A DNA stretch of 64,000 bases from Eledone cirrhosa (lineage: Eukaryota). The stretch spans positions 25,916,001-25,980,000 of the forward strand of contig OZ024752.1 in the NCBI GenBank assembly GCA_964016885.1. The letters run 5' to 3'. Below, piece after piece: positions 57,579 to 64,000 of the stretch. A program made the position numbers and the translations under genes. Position 1 is the first letter of the stretch, and every line of letters begins with the position of its first letter. The notes under the pieces were generated by a model, which saw nothing but the letters and a program-made list of their open reading frames with translations, did no database searches and had not been told where the DNA came from.

Positions 57579-58254
57579 ACTGGGTTCTATATCTAATATT
57601 GAATAGTAAGTTTATATTTTGTGTTAAGTACTACATGTACTTACATGATAAATGGTGGTTAAAATACATAAAACACGTATAACATGTTGTAAAAGTAGCC
57701 ATTACAAATGCTCCTCAGACTCAAAGAATATCAAACACTATAAGAAATCCACTGTAACCAATATCAGAATCACCTGAGATAAAAGAGGGAACACAAACAG
57801 ACTTAACAGCCTCCATGCTATGGCCGGAGAAACCCTTTAAATGTGATTTAAATCTCGCCAGCCCTCCTCATTCAAGTTTAAAACCTTCCGCTAACGAAAT
57901 CTCTAAAACCATCAAAACAACTGTTTTTACTAAAAGACGGAACCAACACCAGCCACCAGAACCGCTAGTTCAACTTCCACCTTATTAGTTGCATCGTTAC
58001 AGATTTGTAATATCAAACATTATTATCTCCCTGGAAACAGCAGTCAAAGTACCCCCCAATTAACACAAGAACACCATAAGAAGGAAGTGATCCTTGATAT
58101 GTAAAAGTACGAGACGTTTACAAGGAGATTGCGGCAACAACAATTGAACTTTTAAAACGAAGAGACGAAGGAGTTTCTGCACAGTAGCATGACCTGCTAA
58201 AAATAACAAACACATTTTACTAAAACCATCCGCACCTTGTTTCAAAAGTACCAA

Positions 58255-61200
58255 CACCACCAGCACAGTCACTACCACCAACATTACCAACATAACCAAA
58301 ACCATCAGCACAAACCACCGCCGACAACAACAACACGAACACCACCAGCACAACCAACACCACCAACACCAGCAACAATAACAACAACACCACCAACATC
58401 ACCACCAACACCACCAGCAACAACAACACCAACAACACCACCAACACCACAAAACAACCAACACCACCAACAACACCACCAACACCACCAACACCACCAG
58501 CACAACCAACAGCACCAACAAAACCCACAACACCACCAACACCACCAACACCACCAACAACACCCACAACACCAACAACACCACCAACACCACCAACAAC
58601 ACCCACACCACCAACAACACCACCAACACCACCAACACGACCAACACCACCAACAAAACCACCAACAACACCACCAACACCACAAAACAACCAACACCAC
58701 CAACATCACCAACATCACCACCAACACCACCAACACCACCAACAGCACCAACAAAACCCACAACACCACCAACACCACCAACACCACCAACAACAACCAC
58801 AACACCACCAACACCACCAACACAACCAACAACACCCACAACACCAACAACACCACCAACACCACCAACAACACCACAAAACAACCAACACCACCAACAA
58901 CACCACCAACACCACCAACACCACCAACACCACCAACAACACCCACAACACCAACAACACCACCAACACCACCAACACCACCAGCACAACCAACAGCACC
59001 AACAAAACCCACAACACCACCAACACCACCAACACCACCAACAACACCAACAACACCACCAACACCACCAACACAACCAACACCACCAACAAAACCACCA
59101 ACAACACCACCAACACCACCAACACCACCAACACCACCACCAACACCACCAACACCACCAACAACACCCACAACACCAACAACACCACCAACACCACCAA
59201 CACAACCAACACCACCAACAAAACCACCAACAACACCACCAACACCACCAACACCACCATCAACACCCACAACACCACCAACACCACCAACACAACTAAC
59301 ACCACCAACAACACCCACAACACCAACAACACAACCAACACCACCAACAAAACCACCAACAACACCACCAACACCACCAACACCACCATCAACACCCACA
59401 ACACCACCAACACCACCAACACAACCAACACCACCAACAACACCCACAACACCACCAACACGACCAACACCACCAACAAAACCACCAACAACACCACCAA
59501 CACAACCAACACCACCAACAACACCCACAACACCACCAACACGACCAACACCACCAACAAAACCACCAACAACACCACCAACACCACCAACACCACCATC
59601 AACACCCACAACACCACCAACACCACCAACACAACCAACACCACCAACAACACCCACAACACCACCAACACGACCAACACCACCAACAAAACCACCAACA
59701 ACACCACCAACACCACCAACACCACCAACAACACCCACAACACCAACAACACCACCAACACCACCAACACAACCAACACCACCAACAAAACCACCAACAA
59801 CACCACCAACACCACCGACACCACCAACACGACCAACACCACCAACAAAACCACCAACAACACCACCAACACCACCAACACCACCAACACGACCAACACC
59901 ACCAACAAAACCACCAACAACACCACCAACAACACCAACACCACAAACACGACCAACACCACCAACAAAACCACCAACAACACCACCAACAGCACCAACA
60001 CCACCAACAACACCCACAACACCAACAACACCACCAACACCACCAACACAACCAACACCACCAACAAAACCACCAACAACACCACCAACACCACCAACAC
60101 CACCAACACGACCAACACCACCAACAAAACCACCAACAACACCACCAACACCACCAACACCACCAACAACACCCACAACACCAACAACACCACCAACACC
60201 ACCAACACAACCAACACCACCAACAAAACCACCAACAACACCACCAACACCACCAACACCACCAACACGACCAACACCACCAACAAAACCACCAACAACA
60301 CCACCAACACCACCAACACCACCAACAACACCCACAACACCAACAACACCACCAACACCACCAACACAACCAACACCACCAACAAAACCACCAACAACAC
60401 CACCAACACCACCAACACCACCAACACGACCAACACCACCAACAAAACCACCAACAACACCACCAACACCACCAACACCACCAACACGACCAACACCACC
60501 AACAAAACCACCAACAACACCACCAACACCACCAACACCACCAACAACACCCACACCACCAACAACACCACCAACACCACCAACACAACCAACACCACCA
60601 ACAAAACCACCAACAACACCACCAACACCACCAACACCTCCAACACGACCAACACCACCAACAAAACCACCAACAACACCACCAACACCACCAACACCAC
60701 CAACACGACCAACACCACCAACAAAACCACCAACAACACCACCAACACCACCAACACCACCAACAACACCCACAACACCAACAACACCACCAACACCACC
60801 AACACAACCAACACCACCAACAAAACCACCAACAACACCACCAACACCACCAACACCACCAACACGACCAACACCACCAACAAAACCACCAACAACACCA
60901 CCAACACCACCAACACCACCAACACGACCAACACCACCAACAAAACCACCAACAACACCACCAACACCACCAACACCACCAACACCACCAACACCACCAA
61001 CAAAACCACCAACAACACCACCAACACCACCAACACCACCAACAACACCCACAACACCAACAACACCACCAACACCACCAACACAACCAACACCACCAAC
61101 AAAACCACCAACAACACCACCAACACCACCAACACCTCCAACACGACCAACACCACCAACAAAACCACCAACAACACCACCAACACCACCAACACCACCA

Positions 61201-63250
61201 ACAACACCCACAACACCAACAACACCACCAACACCACCAACACAACCAACACCACCAACAAAACCACCAACAACACCACCAACACCACCAACACCACCAT
61301 CAACACCCACAACACCACCAACACCACCAACACAACCAACACCACCAACAAAACCACCAACAACACCACCAACACCACCAACACCACCATCAACACCCAC
61401 AACACCACCAACACCACCAACACAACCAACACCACCAACAACACCCACAACACCAACAACACAACCAACACCACCAACACGACCAACACCACCAACAAAA
61501 CCACCAACAACACCACCAACACCACCAACACCACCAACAACACCCACAACACCCACAACACCACCAACACCACCAACACCACCAACACCACCATCAACAC
61601 CCACAACACCACCAACACCACCAACACAACCAACACCACCAACAACACCCACAACACCAACAACACAACCAACACCACCAACACGACCAACACCACCAAC
61701 AAAACCACCAACAACACCACCAACACCACCAACACCACCAACAGCACCCACAACACCACCAACACCACCAACACCACCATCAACACCCACAACACCACCA
61801 ACACCACCAACACAACCAACACCACCAACAACACCCACAACACCAACAACACCACCAACACCACCAACACAACCAACACCACCAACAAAACCACCAACAA
61901 CACCACCAACACCACCAACACCACCATCAACACCCACAACACCACCAACACCACCAACACAACCAACACCACCAACAACACCCACAACACCAACGACACA
62001 ACCAACACCACCAACACAACCAACACCACCAACAAAACCACCAACAACACCACCAACACCACCAACACCACCAACAACACCACCAACACCACCAACACTA
62101 CCAACAACACCCACAACACCAACAACACCACCAACACCACCAACACGACCAACACCACCAACAAAACCACCAACAACACCACCAACACCACCAACACCAC
62201 CATCAACACCCACAACACCACCAACACCACCAACACAACCAACACCACCAACAACACCCACAACACCAACAACACAACCAACACCACCAACACGACCAAC
62301 ACCACCAACAAAACCACCAACAACACCACCAACACCACCAACACCACCAACAACACCCACAACACCACCAACACCACCAACACCACCATCAACACCCACA
62401 ACACCACCAACACCACCAACACAACCAACACCACCAACAACACCCACAACACCAACAACACCACCAACACCACCAACACAACCAACACCACCAACAAAAC
62501 CACCAACAACACCACCAACACCACCAACACCACCATCAACACCCACAACACCACCAACACCACCAACACAACCAACACCACCAACAACACCAACAACACA
62601 ACCAACACCACCAACACGACCAACACCACCAACAAAACCACCAACAACACCAACAACACCACCAACACCACCAACAACACCCACAACACCACCAACACCA
62701 CCAACACCACCAACAACACCCACAACACCAACAACACCACCAACACCACCAACACGACCAACACCACCAACAAAACCACCAACAACACCACCAACACCAC
62801 CATCAACACCCACAACACCACCAACACCACCAACACGACCAACACCACCAACAACACCCACAACACCAACAACACCACCAACACCACCAACACGACCAAC
62901 ACCACCAACAAAACCACCAACAACACCACCAACACCACCAACACCACCATCAACACCCACAACACCACCAACACCACCAACACAACCAACACCACCAACA
63001 AAACCACCAACACCACCAACACCACCAACACAACCAACACCACCAACAAAACCACCAACAACACCACCAACACCACCAACACCACCAACACCACAAAACA
63101 ACCAACACCACCAACAACACCACCAACACCACCAACACCGCCAGCACAACCAACAGCACCAACAAAACCCACAACACCACCAACACCACCACCACCACCA
63201 ACAAAACCACCAACAACACCACCAACACCATCAACACCATCAAAAACAAC
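58255..63250. repeat. C/A-rich 9-bp (ccaccaaca)-based minisatellite with 60- and 90-bp higher-order units
   Basis: Variants acacga, acacaa, acaaaa and ccatca recur at regular spacing. Reads as PT-rich in one frame. Confidence 0.93.
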
Positions 63251-64000
63251 ACCAACAACACCACCAACACCATTACTACCACCAGCACAACTACCACCAA
63301 CACCACCACCAACACCATTACTACCACCAGCACAGCTACCACCAACACCACCACCACCAACACCAATACTACCACCACCAAAACTACCACCAACACCACC
63401 ACCAACACCAATACTACCACCAGCACAACTACCACCAACACCACCACCAACACCATTACTACCACCAGCACAGCTACCACCAACACCACCATCACCAACA
63501 CCAATACTACCACCACCAAAACTACCACCAACACCACCACTAACACCAATACTACCACCAGCACAACTACCACCAACACCACCACTAACACCAATACTAC
63601 CACCAGCACAACTACCACCAACACCAGCACCAACACCAATACTACCACCAGCACAACTACCACCAACACCACCACTAACACCAATACTACCACCAGCACA
63701 ACTACCACCAACACCACCACCAACACCATTACTACCACCAGCACAGCTACCACCAACACCACCACCACCAACACCAATACTACCACCACCAAAACTACCA
63801 CCAACACCACCACCAACACCAATACTACCACCAGCACAACTACCACCAACACCACCACAAACACCAATACTACCACCAGCACAACTATCAACAACACCAC
63901 CACCAACACCAATACTACAACCAGCACAACTACCACCAACACCACCACTAACACCAATACTACCACCAGCACAACTATCACCAACACCACCACCAACACC
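63251..64000. repeat. 42/45-bp minisatellite
   Basis: caccaatactaccaccagcacaactaccaccaacaccacca(c/t) repeats to the window end. Confidence 0.9.

Noticed and set aside
63251-64000. Possible homology of the 42-bp unit to the 51-bp satellite
   Set aside because: Shared actacc/acaacta/caccacc motifs can be explained by similar C/A-rich triplet composition.

Overview
Eukaryotic, repeat-dominated DNA. The SINE families and microsatellite landscape resemble an octopod cephalopod genome (inference from recalled repeat motifs; no search run). No intact named gene is visible, and nearly all long ORFs in the track are artefacts of low-complexity repeats. Layout: (1) 1-17.6 kb, a 51-bp minisatellite with nested higher-order duplications, including a 7029-bp one; (2) 17.9-27.0 kb, microsatellite tracts that repeatedly switch strand; (3) 27-57 kb, a mosaic of tRNA-SINEs, two non-autonomous Helitrons, hAT and Tc1/mariner MITEs, RTE-LINE remnants, foldback elements and hammerhead-ribozyme motifs, plus one well-formed minus-strand exon; (4) 39.8-50.7 kb, four defective R4/Dong-clade retrotransposon pieces all sitting in (CATA)n, interleaved with a ~608-bp bipartite RTE-like element; (5) 58.3-64 kb, a C/A-rich 9-bp-based minisatellite. 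The most interesting items are the apparent (CATA)n targeting of the R4-clade element, two divergently oriented hammerhead pairs (one split by a Helitron), a foldback family with a movable symmetry axis, and an hAT end that has become a minisatellite.
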